Notes: generated from the letters alone by a model not told the origin. 56,653 bases of DNA from Betaproteobacteria bacterium (GCA_031406075.1 JANOGP010000413.1:1-56653), one strand, 5' to 3'. Shown: positions 9,649-19,392, counted from the stretch's first letter. Numbers and translations are program-made.

Positions 9649-9906
9649 GGTTTTTTTCCCCTTCAGTGTTGGAATAGTCTGTTGTATCCCGCCCGGCAGC
9701 GCTGTACAGGCAAATTCACGGCCGCAATGATGGCGTCGTCATAGGGCAGCGGCCCGTCGCCGGACTGCGCAGAAGCATGCGCCCGCAAAACCGGCAAGTC
9801 CAGACCTTCGCAGCCATTTGACCGGGGTACAGGCCCGGACTAGGCTACCGCCTTCGCCCGCAAACGGTGTGGATATCACGGGACCAGCGCGGGCCGGGAA
9901 AAGGAT

Positions 9907-10767
9907 ATGTCCACTGCGATCAGGATCATGCAGGGCAGCTTCGGCCGTGTCGCCCTGCTCGACATGGACAAGCCACTGGTCACGCACGCTCACCACCATT
10001 GCCACATTCTGCTGAAGGCGAGCGGGGCGGATTCCCGGTTCACGGTGCGCGGGCGCATGCAGCCGCTGACCGCTGCCAGCGCCGTGCTGGTAAATGCCTG
10101 GGAACCGCACGCGTATACGCCGCTGGACGAGTCGCTCCGCGGAACGGTGATCCTGGCGCTCTATATCGATTGCACCTGGCTTGCCGGCATCCATCGGCAG
10201 CTCGCGGTGGCCGGCCATCCGCACTTCTTCTCGCAGCCCTGCGTGCCGATCACGCCGGCGATCCGCAAGCGCGCCGACGATCTGGCAGCCGAGATGACTT
10301 GTCAGCCGGACATTGCGCCGGCGCGTCTCGATCAGCAATTGTCCGGACTGGCGATCGCGGTGCTCGATCCTTTCTCGGAATGGCGCAATGCCGGCAGCCT
10401 GGTGCGCGCCGGATTACCCCGTGCGCCCGATGCGCGCATCCGCCGCGCGATGGGTTACCTGCAGGAGCACATTACCGAGGGCATAGGCATGGACGCACTG
10501 GCCTCGCGGGCCTGTCTGTCGCGCGCGCATTTCTTCGCGCTGTTCCGTAAGTACACCAGCCTTTCTCCCGGGGTGTACGCCAATGCGCTGCGCATGGAGG
10601 CCGCCATCGGCGAACTCGGTTACGGTGACCGGCCCATGGCGGAGATTTCGCACGGTCTCGGTTTTTCCGCACAAAGCCATTTCACCCGCTTCTTCCGCCA
10701 ACACCTCGGCATTACCCCTACCGACTACCGCCGCAAGGCCAGCGTGCTGACCGCAGCCGGGTCTTAG
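9907..10767 (+). CDS. AraC-family transcriptional regulator
   Basis: 286 aa with a C-terminal double HTH: MDALASRACLSRAHFFALFRKYTSLSPGVYANALRMEAA...ISHGLGFSAQSHFTRFFRQHLGITPTDYRR. Confidence 0.85.
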   Translation: MSTAIRIMQGSFGRVALLDMDKPLVTHAHHHCHILLKASGADSRFTVRGRMQPLTAASAVLVNAWEPHAYTPLDESLRGTVILALYIDCTWLAGIHRQLAVAGHPHFFSQPCVPITPAIRKRADDLAAEMTCQPDIAPARLDQQLSGLAIAVLDPFSEWRNAGSLVRAGLPRAPDARIRRAMGYLQEHITEGIGMDALASRACLSRAHFFALFRKYTSLSPGVYANALRMEAAIGELGYGDRPMAEISHGLGFSAQSHFTRFFRQHLGITPTDYRRKASVLTAAGS

Positions 10768-10983
10768 GTTCGGGGCCGGGCCGCGAGACCCCGCCAAATA
10801 ATTGCAGGGCGCACGACGACCGGGGACAGAATCGCTTCCTGCTCCGTGGCCTGTGCGTTCTCTGCGGTTCAAGGTCGTGCCGTCGAAAAATCGGACTCCA
10901 GGGTAAATCCGCGCCCCCATGGCCAGGGAACCGCGGCACTCGCGGGCTTAGACTTCCTGCAATCAGCCAGCAAGGATGGTCAA

Positions 10984-13900
10984 GTGGTGAATCCGCCAAA
11001 CCCGTTTGCAAGCGAAGCCGCACCCGTACCGTCCACTCGCTGGACGGGACTGCCGGTCGAGCGCCGGGAAGACGCGGCGCTGCTCACCGGCACCGGCCGG
11101 TTCGCCGACGACCTCGGCGTTCTTCCGGACACGCTGCATGCGGCCTTCGTCCGCTCACCGCACGCGCATGCGCGCGTGAACGGCATCGATGCCTCCGCCG
11201 CGCTTGCATCTGCCGGTGTTCGCGCGGTGCTCACCGGCGAGGACGTCAAACGCTGGGGTGCGCCGTTTGTGGTCGGCGTAAAAGCGCCGATGCAGCACTG
11301 GTGCCTGGCGCTGGACAAAGTGCGCTATGTCGGCGAACCGGTGGCGCTGGTGGTCGCAGAGAACCGCTACCTCGCGGAGGATGCAGCCGACCTGGTGCGC
11401 GTCGAATATGCGCCGTTGCCGGTGACGGTCGATATCGAACACGCTGCCGCGAACGGCGCGCCGCTGCTGCACGACGCAGTGGGGTCGAACGTGATCAGCG
11501 ACCGCAGTTTCGTCTACGGCGATCCCGATGCCGCGTTCGCAGCCGCGCCTCATCGCGTGCGCCTCAAAGTGCGCTACCCGCGCAACTCCTGCACCCCAAT
11601 CGAGGGATTCGTCGCGGTAGCCGAGCACCTCGCCGGCGACGACGGCTACGATGTATTGTCGAATTTCATGGGGCCGTTTTCGCTGCACGCGGTAATGGCG
11701 CTCGCGCTCAAGGTGACGAGCAACAAACTGCGCCTGCGAATGCCGCGCGATTCCGGCGGCAGTTTCGGCGTCAAGCAGGCGATCTTCCCTTACCTGGTGG
11801 CAATCTGCCTGGCCTCGCGCAAGGCCGGCGCGCCGGTGAAATGGGTGGAGGACCGCCTCGAGCATCTTGTCGCCGCTACATCCGCCACCGGCCGCGTCTC
11901 CACGATCGAGGCCGCGGTCGAGCGCGACGGCCGCATTCTTGCGCTTGCCTACGACCAGTTGGACGACGTCGGCGGCTACCTGCGCGCGCCGGAACCGGCA
12001 ACGTTCTATCGCATGCACGGCTGCCTGACCGGTGCCTACGACGTGCAGCATCTGCGCGTGCGCAATCGCGTCGTGGTGACCAACAAGACTCCCGCAGGCC
12101 TGGTGCGCGGCTTCGGCGGGCCGCAGGTCTATTTCGCGCTGGAGCGCCTGATCAACCGGATCGCCGTGGAACTGAACCTCGATCCCGTCGGGGTGTACTT
12201 GCGCAATTTCGTTCCACGCAATGCCTTCCCTTACCGTGCGCCGGCGGGGGCGCTGATCGACTCCGGCGACTATCAGGGCGCACTCGAACTTGCATCCGTG
12301 GAGGGCGGGCTGGCCGATTTGCGGAAGCGCCGTGACCAGGCGCGCGCCGAAGGCCGACTCTACGGCATTGGCTTTGCCGCCATCGTCGAGCCGTCGATCT
12401 CGAGCATGGGTTACATCACTACGGTGATGAGCAGGGAGGCGCGCGCCAAGGCCGGCCCGAAGAGCGGTGCCATTGCCACCGCCACCGTCGGCGTCGATCC
12501 GCTCGGCGGCGTCAATGTCTCGGTGGCCTCGGTACCGCAAGGTCAGGGACACATCACGGTGCTGACGCAAGTGGTGGCCGACGTGTTCGGCCTCAGGCCC
12601 GGGGACATCGCGGTCGATGTCGAGCTCGATACCCGGAAGGACGCCTGGTCAGTCGCCTCCGGCAATTACTCCAGCCGCTTCGCCGGCGCGGTGGCCGGCG
12701 CCGCGCATCTCGCCGCGATACGCCTGCGCGCGAAACTCGCAGTCATTGCGGCGGCGCAATTCGGATGCCACGAGGGCGACATCGTGTTCGAGAACGCCAG
12801 GGTTTTCCCGCGCAGCGAACCTGCAAGGGCGGTTGCGTTCACGCGCATGGCCAGCGGGCCGCACTGGGCGCCGGCACTGCTGCCTCCCGGCGTTGAGCCG
12901 GGACTGCGCGAGACTGCCTTTTGGACACCGGAAGTGCTCGCCGCGCCCGACGAACAGGACCGCATCAACACCTCCGCGGCCTACGGCTTCGTTTTCGACA
13001 TCTGCGGGCTCGAGATCGACCGCGCGACCGGCAAGGTGCGCGTCGATCGCTACGTCACCACGCACGACGCCGGAACGCTGCTCAATCCCGCGCTCGCCGA
13101 CGGACAGATCCGCGGCGGTTTTGCGCAGGGATTGGGTGCCGCGCTGATGGAACAATTCGCCTACGCGCCGGACGGCGCTTTCCTCTCCGGCACTTTTGCG
13201 GACTACCTGGTGCCGACCGCGATGGACGTGCCGGAGCCGGTAATCGTTCACATGCAAACGCCGAGCCCGTTCACGCCGCTGGGCGCCAAGGGACTGGGCG
13301 AGGGCAACAACATGAGCACCCCGGCCTGCATCGCCAACGCGATCGCGGATGCGCTCGGTCCCGCGGTCGATCCCGAATCGATCGTGCTGCCGATGACGCC
13401 ATCGAAAATCCTTGCGCTCATCGGCATGCCTGATCCGCCGCCGGCTGGGCGGGCGCGCAGCGACACGCCGCGGCGGCCGGGCAGCGGGCAGGCGCTGGTC
13501 ATGTCCGGTGCGGTCGAACTGGTGGCGTCCCCTGAGGCGGTGTTTGCAGTGCTGCTCGATCCGGCGGCACTCGCCTCGGTGATTCCGGGTTGCCACGAAC
13601 TCAAGGCTGTCGGCGAGAACCGTTATGCCGCCGAGCTCACGCTCGGGATCGGACTGGTGAAAGCGCGGTACGCCGCCGAAGTGGCGCTCTCCGAGATCGA
13701 CCCGCCGCGCTCGCTGAGATTGGCCGGGCGCGGCATCGGATCGCTCGGCGCCATCGAGGGCAGCGGCAAGGTGAAGCTCGTTCCCGCCGGCAGCTTCACC
13801 CGGTTGGAATACGAATACGAAGTGGCGGTGAGTGGCAAAATTGCAGCGGTCGGCGGGCGCATGCTCGAAGGCGCGGCGCGGGTGATTCTCGATCAATTGT

Positions 13901-14004
13901 TCGAGCGGCTCGGCCGACGTGCGCTGCGTCGAAAAGAAGGCGGCCCCGGAGAACGCGCCGGCTTCTGGCAACGCCTGCTGCGCGTGTTGCGGATGACACG
14001 ATGA
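10984..14004 (+). CDS. molybdopterin hydroxylase large subunit fused to a C-terminal CoxG/SRPBCC domain; HmfA (2-furoyl-CoA dehydrogenase)-like
   Basis: N-terminus GLPVERREDAALLTGTGRFADD is the CoxL/XDH-family type. The last ~170 aa (VELVASPEAVFAVLLDPAALASVIPGCHELKAVGENRYAAELTLGIGLVKARY...) look like CoxG. I prefer GTG 10984 (AAGGA 7 nt upstream) to the track start 10846. Confidence 0.8.
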   Translation: MVNPPNPFASEAAPVPSTRWTGLPVERREDAALLTGTGRFADDLGVLPDTLHAAFVRSPHAHARVNGIDASAALASAGVRAVLTGEDVKRWGAPFVVGVKAPMQHWCLALDKVRYVGEPVALVVAENRYLAEDAADLVRVEYAPLPVTVDIEHAAANGAPLLHDAVGSNVISDRSFVYGDPDAAFAAAPHRVRLKVRYPRNSCTPIEGFVAVAEHLAGDDGYDVLSNFMGPFSLHAVMALALKVTSNKLRLRMPRDSGGSFGVKQAIFPYLVAICLASRKAGAPVKWVEDRLEHLVAATSATGRVSTIEAAVERDGRILALAYDQLDDVGGYLRAPEPATFYRMHGCLTGAYDVQHLRVRNRVVVTNKTPAGLVRGFGGPQVYFALERLINRIAVELNLDPVGVYLRNFVPRNAFPYRAPAGALIDSGDYQGALELASVEGGLADLRKRRDQARAEGRLYGIGFAAIVEPSISSMGYITTVMSREARAKAGPKSGAIATATVGVDPLGGVNVSVASVPQGQGHITVLTQVVADVFGLRPGDIAVDVELDTRKDAWSVASGNYSSRFAGAVAGAAHLAAIRLRAKLAVIAAAQFGCHEGDIVFENARVFPRSEPARAVAFTRMASGPHWAPALLPPGVEPGLRETAFWTPEVLAAPDEQDRINTSAAYGFVFDICGLEIDRATGKVRVDRYVTTHDAGTLLNPALADGQIRGGFAQGLGAALMEQFAYAPDGAFLSGTFADYLVPTAMDVPEPVIVHMQTPSPFTPLGAKGLGEGNNMSTPACIANAIADALGPAVDPESIVLPMTPSKILALIGMPDPPPAGRARSDTPRRPGSGQALVMSGAVELVASPEAVFAVLLDPAALASVIPGCHELKAVGENRYAAELTLGIGLVKARYAAEVALSEIDPPRSLRLAGRGIGSLGAIEGSGKVKLVPAGSFTRLEYEYEVAVSGKIAAVGGRMLEGAARVILDQLFERLGRRALRRKEGGPGERAGFWQRLLRVLRMTR

Positions 14005-14822
14005 AACCGGCAGCCTTCGATTACATCCGCGCCGACACGGCAGACGAAGCGGTCGCTGCCCTGGCCGAATACGGCGACGATGCGCGCATTCTTGCCGGCG
14101 GGCAGTCGCTAATGGCGATCCTGAACATGCGGCTGGCGCAGCCGAAAGTGTTGATCGACATCCATCGCACCGGCGATCTGTCGGGAATCGAAGCCCGAAG
14201 CGACCGGCTGCGCGTGCGCGCGGCGGTGACGCAGGCCGGGCTCGAGCGCCATCCGCGAATCGAAAGCCTGGTGCCGCTACTGGCGCAGGCTCTTCCGCAT
14301 ATTGGCCATTTCCAGACACGCAACCGCGGCACGGTTTGCGGCTCGATCGCGCACGCCGACCCAGGCGCCGAACTGCCGCTGTGCCTGGCCACGCTCGGGG
14401 GCGAAGTGGTGCTGCGCTCGAAGAACGCGCGGCGCACCATGGCGGCACAGGATTTCTTTACCGGCATGCTGCAGACCGCGCGCACTCCGGAGGAGATGGT
14501 CGAAGAAGTGTGCTTTCCGTTGGCGTGCGACGGCGAGCACCACGGATTCATCGAAGTATCGATGCGCCACGGCGATTTCGCGGTGGTCGCGCTGGCCGCG
14601 GTGGCGGGCGCGGACGGCATTCGCCTCGGCGTCGGTGGCGTCGCAGACCGTGCGCAGGTCGCGCGCTGGCCTCGGCTGCGGGGCGCCGCGCTCGACGAAG
14701 CTCTCAACCAGCTTGCCTGGGATCTCGGCGCTCAGGATGACCAACATGCCTCCGCTGCCTACCGCCGGCACTTGGTGCGTACCCTGGGACGGCAACTGAT
14801 CGACAAGATGGACGCGCCGTGA
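14001..14822 (+). CDS. molybdopterin hydroxylase FAD-binding subunit (CoxM/HmfB-like)
   Basis: MKPAAFDYIRADTADEAVAALAEYGDDARILAGGQSLMAILNMR is the typical FAD-binding PCMH-type N-terminus. ATG overlaps the large-subunit stop (ATGA). Confidence 0.85.
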   Translation: MKPAAFDYIRADTADEAVAALAEYGDDARILAGGQSLMAILNMRLAQPKVLIDIHRTGDLSGIEARSDRLRVRAAVTQAGLERHPRIESLVPLLAQALPHIGHFQTRNRGTVCGSIAHADPGAELPLCLATLGGEVVLRSKNARRTMAAQDFFTGMLQTARTPEEMVEEVCFPLACDGEHHGFIEVSMRHGDFAVVALAAVAGADGIRLGVGGVADRAQVARWPRLRGAALDEALNQLAWDLGAQDDQHASAAYRRHLVRTLGRQLIDKMDAP

Positions 14823-14832
14823 CGAGCACACC

Positions 14833-15342
14833 ATGAAACGACTCGCACAAGGCACCCTGCATCGCTTGGATATCACCCTGAACGGCACGCGTCGCAGCGG
14901 CCACTGCGAGCCTCGCACGCTGCTTTCGGATTTCCTGCGCCAGGAACTCGGCGCCACCGGCGTGCACGTCGGTTGCGAGCACGGCGTGTGCGGCGCCTGT
15001 ACGGTGCGGGTGAATGGCGTGGCGCAGCGCTCCTGCCTGGCTCTTGCCGTCAGCGTGGATGGACAGAGCATCGGAACCGTCGAGGGGCTGGCCGCGGACG
15101 ATGGCACGTTGTCCGACCTGCAGGCCGCATTTCGCCGCCACCATGCGCTGCAATGTGGATTCTGCACGGCGGGCATCCTGATGTCGGCGGCGGAATTTCT
15201 GGAGCGAGTGCCGGAACCGGACGAAGGGCAGGTGCGCGAGATGCTCTCGGGACATCTGTGCCGCTGCACCGGTTACACCAACATCGTGCGGGCGATCCTC
15301 GAAGTCGCCGCAACACGTCGCGATGAGGTCAACCGTGCTTGA
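14833..15342 (+). CDS. molybdopterin hydroxylase [2Fe-2S] subunit (CoxS/HmfC-like)
   Basis: 169 aa with two Cys clusters: GCEHGVCGACTV and CGFCTAGILMS...LCRCTGY. Confidence 0.9.
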   Translation: MKRLAQGTLHRLDITLNGTRRSGHCEPRTLLSDFLRQELGATGVHVGCEHGVCGACTVRVNGVAQRSCLALAVSVDGQSIGTVEGLAADDGTLSDLQAAFRRHHALQCGFCTAGILMSAAEFLERVPEPDEGQVREMLSGHLCRCTGYTNIVRAILEVAATRRDEVNRA

Positions 15343-16888
15343 TCTGGGCCGGACTTTCCTGCAGAGCGTCGAGCGGCGTCCGCATCAGACCGCCATCGTC
15401 GATGGCGCGGTTCGCCTCACCTACGCGCAGTGGTTACACAGGATTGCCGCGGTCGCCGGAGGCTTGCAGGCACTTGGACTTGAGCGCGGCGATCATCTGC
15501 TGGTGGTGTTGCAGAACCGCTGGCAGATGGCGACGCTGCACTGGGCCTGTCAGTTTCTGGGCGTGATCGTCACGCCGCTCAACTGGCGCGCCAAAGCCGG
15601 CGAAGTCGAATACTGCGCGCTCGATGCCGAGGCCAGGGCCGTGGTGTTCGAGGCCGCAAGCGCCGAAGCGGTCGCCGGATCGGCGGCTTGCGCCCAACTG
15701 ACGCGCATCGCGGTGGGCGAGACCGGCGTCAATGCCGCACCCTTCGACGGCCTGCTGCGCGCGCCTGAGCCGGCGATGCTGCTCAATGCAGGCGCCGAAG
15801 ACTGGTCGCTGATGCTCTATACATCCGGCACCACCGGCAATCCCAAAGGCGTGCCGCGGCGCCACCGCGCCGAGCGAGCCGCTGCGCTCGCGCATGTCGC
15901 GCAGAACCTGTACCGGGTTAGCGAGTGCACGCTGGGCGTGATGCCGCTTTACCACACCATGGGCGTGCGCTCGCTGCTGGCGATGGCGCTCACCGACGGC
16001 TGCTTCGTCTGCCTGCCGCACTTCGACGCCGGCGAAGCGCTGCGCCTCATCGCTGCCGAATCGGTGACCAACCTCTATCTGGCGCCGACGCTCTACCACG
16101 ACTTGCTGGCGCATCCGGGATTTGCCGCCGCCGATCGCAGCTCGGTGGAGAAGCTGGGATTCGCCGGCGCGCCGATGCACGACGCGCTGCTGCGCCGGCT
16201 GCAACAGGCCTTCAAGCCGCAGTTGCTGGTAAACCATTACGGCTCATCCGAGATCTACACCTTTACCATCAACCAGAATGCGGCGGCGAAGCCCGGCTCG
16301 GCCGGCCATGCGGCGTTGAATTCCCGGGTACGTGTTGCCAGGCTGGATGCGAAAACGCCGGACGAACTCGCCGCAACCGGCGAAGAAGGACAAATCATTG
16401 CCGACCTCGCCGGCGACGAGGCCTTCGAAGGCTACTGGAAGCGCTCCGACGCCGATGCCAAGGCGCTGCGCCAGGGCTGGTACTTCACCGGCGACACCGG
16501 CTATTTGGACGAAGATGGCGATCTGTTCGTCACGGGGCGGGTAGACGACATGATCATCTGTGGCGGCGAGAACATCTCGCCGGTGGACATCGAATCGGCG
16601 CTGTCGCTGCACCCCGCGGTGGAAGAAGTCGCGGTGGCGGGAGTGAGCGACGAGCGCTGGGGCCAGCGCGTGGTCGCTTTCGTCAAGCGCAAGGGCCCGG
16701 TGGACGCGCAGGCGCTTGACGCCCACTGCAAGGCCACGGACCTGCCGAACTTCAAGCGCCCGCGCGAGTACGTGTTCGTCGCCACGATCCCGAAGTCGCC
16801 GGTGGGGAAAATCCTGCGCCGCAAACTCATCGCCGGTGAATACGAGCGCGACGCCGTGACTTTCGCCGGAGTCAAACCGATCGCCTGA
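15323..16888 (+). CDS. AMP-dependent acyl-CoA synthetase/ligase (HmfD, 2-furoyl-CoA synthetase-like)
   Basis: 521 aa with AMP-binding motif MLYTSGTTGNPKGV and YFTGDTGYLDEDGDLFVTGRVDDMII. Alternative GTG start at 15335. Confidence 0.85.
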   Translation: MRSTVLDLGRTFLQSVERRPHQTAIVDGAVRLTYAQWLHRIAAVAGGLQALGLERGDHLLVVLQNRWQMATLHWACQFLGVIVTPLNWRAKAGEVEYCALDAEARAVVFEAASAEAVAGSAACAQLTRIAVGETGVNAAPFDGLLRAPEPAMLLNAGAEDWSLMLYTSGTTGNPKGVPRRHRAERAAALAHVAQNLYRVSECTLGVMPLYHTMGVRSLLAMALTDGCFVCLPHFDAGEALRLIAAESVTNLYLAPTLYHDLLAHPGFAAADRSSVEKLGFAGAPMHDALLRRLQQAFKPQLLVNHYGSSEIYTFTINQNAAAKPGSAGHAALNSRVRVARLDAKTPDELAATGEEGQIIADLAGDEAFEGYWKRSDADAKALRQGWYFTGDTGYLDEDGDLFVTGRVDDMIICGGENISPVDIESALSLHPAVEEVAVAGVSDERWGQRVVAFVKRKGPVDAQALDAHCKATDLPNFKRPREYVFVATIPKSPVGKILRRKLIAGEYERDAVTFAGVKPIA

Positions 16889-16906
16889 ATCATTGGAGGT
16901 ACCGAC

Positions 16907-17710
16907 ATGACCATCAAACATCCATCGGCCGGTTTGCCCGACCAGCAAGACGGCTTCCGCATCGAAGTGGATGCGGCGCGAAGACGCGCCGACATCATAC
17001 TGGACCGCCCACCGCTCAACGTGGTGAGCATGCCGCAGCGCGATCAATTGCGCTGCGCCTTCGAGGCGCTCGATGCGCATCCGGACGTACGGGTCATCGT
17101 ATTGCGCGCCGTCGGCGAAAACTTTTCCAGCGGCGGAGACATCAGGGGATTCCTCGAGGCCAGTCCCGAGAAGGTTTCAAAACTGGCCTGGAACATCGCC
17201 GCGCCTGCGCGCTGCGAAAAGCCGGTGGTCGCGGCCAGCCGTGGCTATTGTTTCGGGGTTGGCTTCGAAATCGCGCTCGCCTGCGATTTCCGCATCGCCT
17301 CGGTCACAGCGCTCTTTGCGCTGCCGGAGCAGAAGCTCGGGCAGATTCCAGGCTCGGGCGGTTCGGCGCGGCTGCAGAAGATGGTGGGCATTGGGCGCAC
17401 CAAGGACATCGTGATGCGCTCGCGCCGCATCCCGGCGAAACAGGCCTGCGACTGGGGCGTGGTCACCGAGTGCGTGCCCGATGCCGAGCTCGAACGCGCC
17501 ACCGACGCGCTGGTCGAGGAACTGCTCGCCTTTTCGCCGCTAGCGCAACGCACCGCCAAAAAGCTCCTGAACGACACCGAGGATTCGACGCTGTCGATCG
17601 CGATCGAACTCGAAGGGCATTGCTACAGCCGGCTGCGCTCCTCTGAGGATTTTCGTGAAGGCGTCACCGCCTTTCACGCCAAGCGCAAGGCCGAATTCAA
17701 GGGCAGTTGA
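16907..17710 (+). CDS. enoyl-CoA hydratase/isomerase (crotonase) family protein (HmfE, 2-oxoglutaroyl-CoA hydrolase-like)
   Basis: 267 aa with crotonase blocks NFSSGGDIRGF and GYCFGVGFEIALACDFRIAS. RBS is GGAGG. Confidence 0.8.
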   Translation: MTIKHPSAGLPDQQDGFRIEVDAARRRADIILDRPPLNVVSMPQRDQLRCAFEALDAHPDVRVIVLRAVGENFSSGGDIRGFLEASPEKVSKLAWNIAAPARCEKPVVAASRGYCFGVGFEIALACDFRIASVTALFALPEQKLGQIPGSGGSARLQKMVGIGRTKDIVMRSRRIPAKQACDWGVVTECVPDAELERATDALVEELLAFSPLAQRTAKKLLNDTEDSTLSIAIELEGHCYSRLRSSEDFREGVTAFHAKRKAEFKGS

Positions 17711-17735
17711 GTGTGCGGATGGCGATGCGTCCCGG

Positions 17736-18884
17736 TCAGGGGCGGCGTCCGGCGCGGGCAATCAGATAGGTCTCGCGAAGTGTGCGCCCGATGAAAGCGC
17801 GGGCATCGGCGCGATCGAAGCGCTTGCCGTCGGCAAGTTCTTGCGCGTACTCGAAAAACGGCTCGAACAGGCGGCCCTGGTCGACCGGCGCCTTGAGCGT
17901 GAAGCGCGTCTCGCGCTGGGCGATCTCGCGCCAGGCGGCGCGCACTTCGGCCCAGAAAGTTTCCGTGCGCGCGAAGTAGTTTTCTCCCGCGCTGAAGTCA
18001 AATTGCCTGATGCGCTGGTAGCGCGCAAACCCGTACTCGCGCGCCAGGTACGGCAATTCGGTCCGCGCCCTGCCGTCGCCGTCCAGCGCGAGCTTGAGGT
18101 TGTTTTCTTCCTGCACCCAGCCGTCTGCGGTAACGGTGTGGCGGTTGGTCCCCACCAGCGCGTGATAGTCCTTGCGTACGCTCCACTCCCGGCGCGGCAG
18201 CGGCCGCCAGGTCTCGTCGCTGATCCATGTGGAGTAGCCGTCGTTATGCTGCCAGCGTCCACGCGCCGCGTAGCGCGGCGAATCGTCGACCTGGTACACG
18301 CTCTGCACCCATGCGCCTTCGCGCTGCTGCGCGGGCACCGACCGTCGCGCCCAGGTGTTGGCACCTTCGTAGGCCAGCAGAGCATCGGACTGGTAGCGCC
18401 ATTCCTGGCGCCAGTGGCGCACGACGATCGGCATGCTGGTGCTGCCGTCTTCCATTTGCATGCGCATCACCAGGATGTGCTGCAGGGCGATAAAGTCGTC
18501 GCGGTCGTCGGCTACGAAGACGTATTCCGTGCCCCAGCTCTGGTACGGCGCATCCGGCTTCAACGCGGGATCGAATCGCAGTACTTCCAGGAAATCGAAA
18601 CTGACCCGATACGGGCCGGCCATCGCCAGAATCGCGCGGCGGTCGCGCTCAAGCGCACTCAGGCCGGGCTCGCGCAGCCGTTTCCAGGCTTCGCCGGGCG
18701 CCGGGTCGAGAACGACCGGGGCGCCGCGCGTTGTGGCGCCGCGGGGTTTGAGCGCATTCTCGCCAAGCGGCCAGGCGAACGTGAACCAACTGGCGCTGGA
18801 GTCATCTGCCTCGCCGGGTTCGTAGGCTTGCGCCGCTCCGGGCAACAGGGCGAAAAGCAGGAGCAACGAAGTTTGTCGCAGCAT
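17736..18884 (-). CDS. exported protein of unknown function
   Basis: From ATG 18884: MLRQTSLLLLFALLPGAAQA|YEP is a Sec signal peptide. The mature part is W/R/Y-rich with no motif I recognise. The track start 18983 adds 33 non-signal residues. Confidence 0.65.
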   Translation of the reverse strand: MLRQTSLLLLFALLPGAAQAYEPGEADDSSASWFTFAWPLGENALKPRGATTRGAPVVLDPAPGEAWKRLREPGLSALERDRRAILAMAGPYRVSFDFLEVLRFDPALKPDAPYQSWGTEYVFVADDRDDFIALQHILVMRMQMEDGSTSMPIVVRHWRQEWRYQSDALLAYEGANTWARRSVPAQQREGAWVQSVYQVDDSPRYAARGRWQHNDGYSTWISDETWRPLPRREWSVRKDYHALVGTNRHTVTADGWVQEENNLKLALDGDGRARTELPYLAREYGFARYQRIRQFDFSAGENYFARTETFWAEVRAAWREIAQRETRFTLKAPVDQGRLFEPFFEYAQELADGKRFDRADARAFIGRTLRETYLIARAGRRP

Positions 18885-18903
18885 GACGATTATTGAATTT
18901 CCG

Positions 18904-19263
18904 CTAGTGTCCTGTTCCGCTAATCCGTGGGGTAACTCTCGAATTTTGGAGGCCAGTCCCATGATCTGTTTGACAGCGATCAATCATCGATCGGAAAACC
19001 CGCGAAATCGGCGTCAGGCAAGGCGCGAGTCCTTGACAGTGGCGGGGGCCGGTGGAACGTGGAGCAGGGGCCCCGCTTGCGGGGATGCGACCGTGCAACC
19101 GGCCAATAGCGTGTCGACCACCGGCCTAACGCGTGTCTCCGCGGTCAGATCCCCAGAGGGGCCCCTCTTCCGCGCTCCGACACGCACGGCGAGGACTCGT
19201 AACACAGCATGGCGCCGACTCTCGTCGGGTTTTCAGCCGCGAATTAGCGGAACAGGACACTAG
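18904..19263. mobile_element. MITE-like non-autonomous element with perfect 21-bp terminal inverted repeats
   Basis: CTAGTGTCCTGTTCCGCTAAT (18904-18924) is the exact reverse complement of 19243-19263. The interior is ~318 bp with no credible ORF. It could equally be read as 17-bp TIRs (TGTCC...) flanked by a CTAG duplication. Confidence 0.45.
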
Positions 19264-19392
19264 ACATGCGGATTGTAGACGATTGACGACGGGCAACAGC
19301 CGGCGTTGCCAAACGGGCATACTTGCGTAAAGATTCGAGCCTCAAGCCCGGTGACGTGAGGGAAAATTTCAGACTGACCAAGGAGAGTGTCG

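Noticed and set aside
12649-14448. 599-aa minus-strand ORF. Also 11155-12570, 17655-18896, 6815-7879, 39873-41189 and 48907-50199.
   Set aside because: All are antisense or out-of-frame to well-supported genes (Mo-hydroxylase subunits, exported protein, carbamate kinase, CbbO, M48 peptidase). All have a compositionally biased, Arg-rich sequence.
18883-19263. 126-aa and 64-aa ORFs inside the TIR-bounded element as a candidate transposase remnant.
   Set aside because: Both end with the same peptide only because they traverse the inverted repeats. They have no DDE or HTH-like motifs and are too short.
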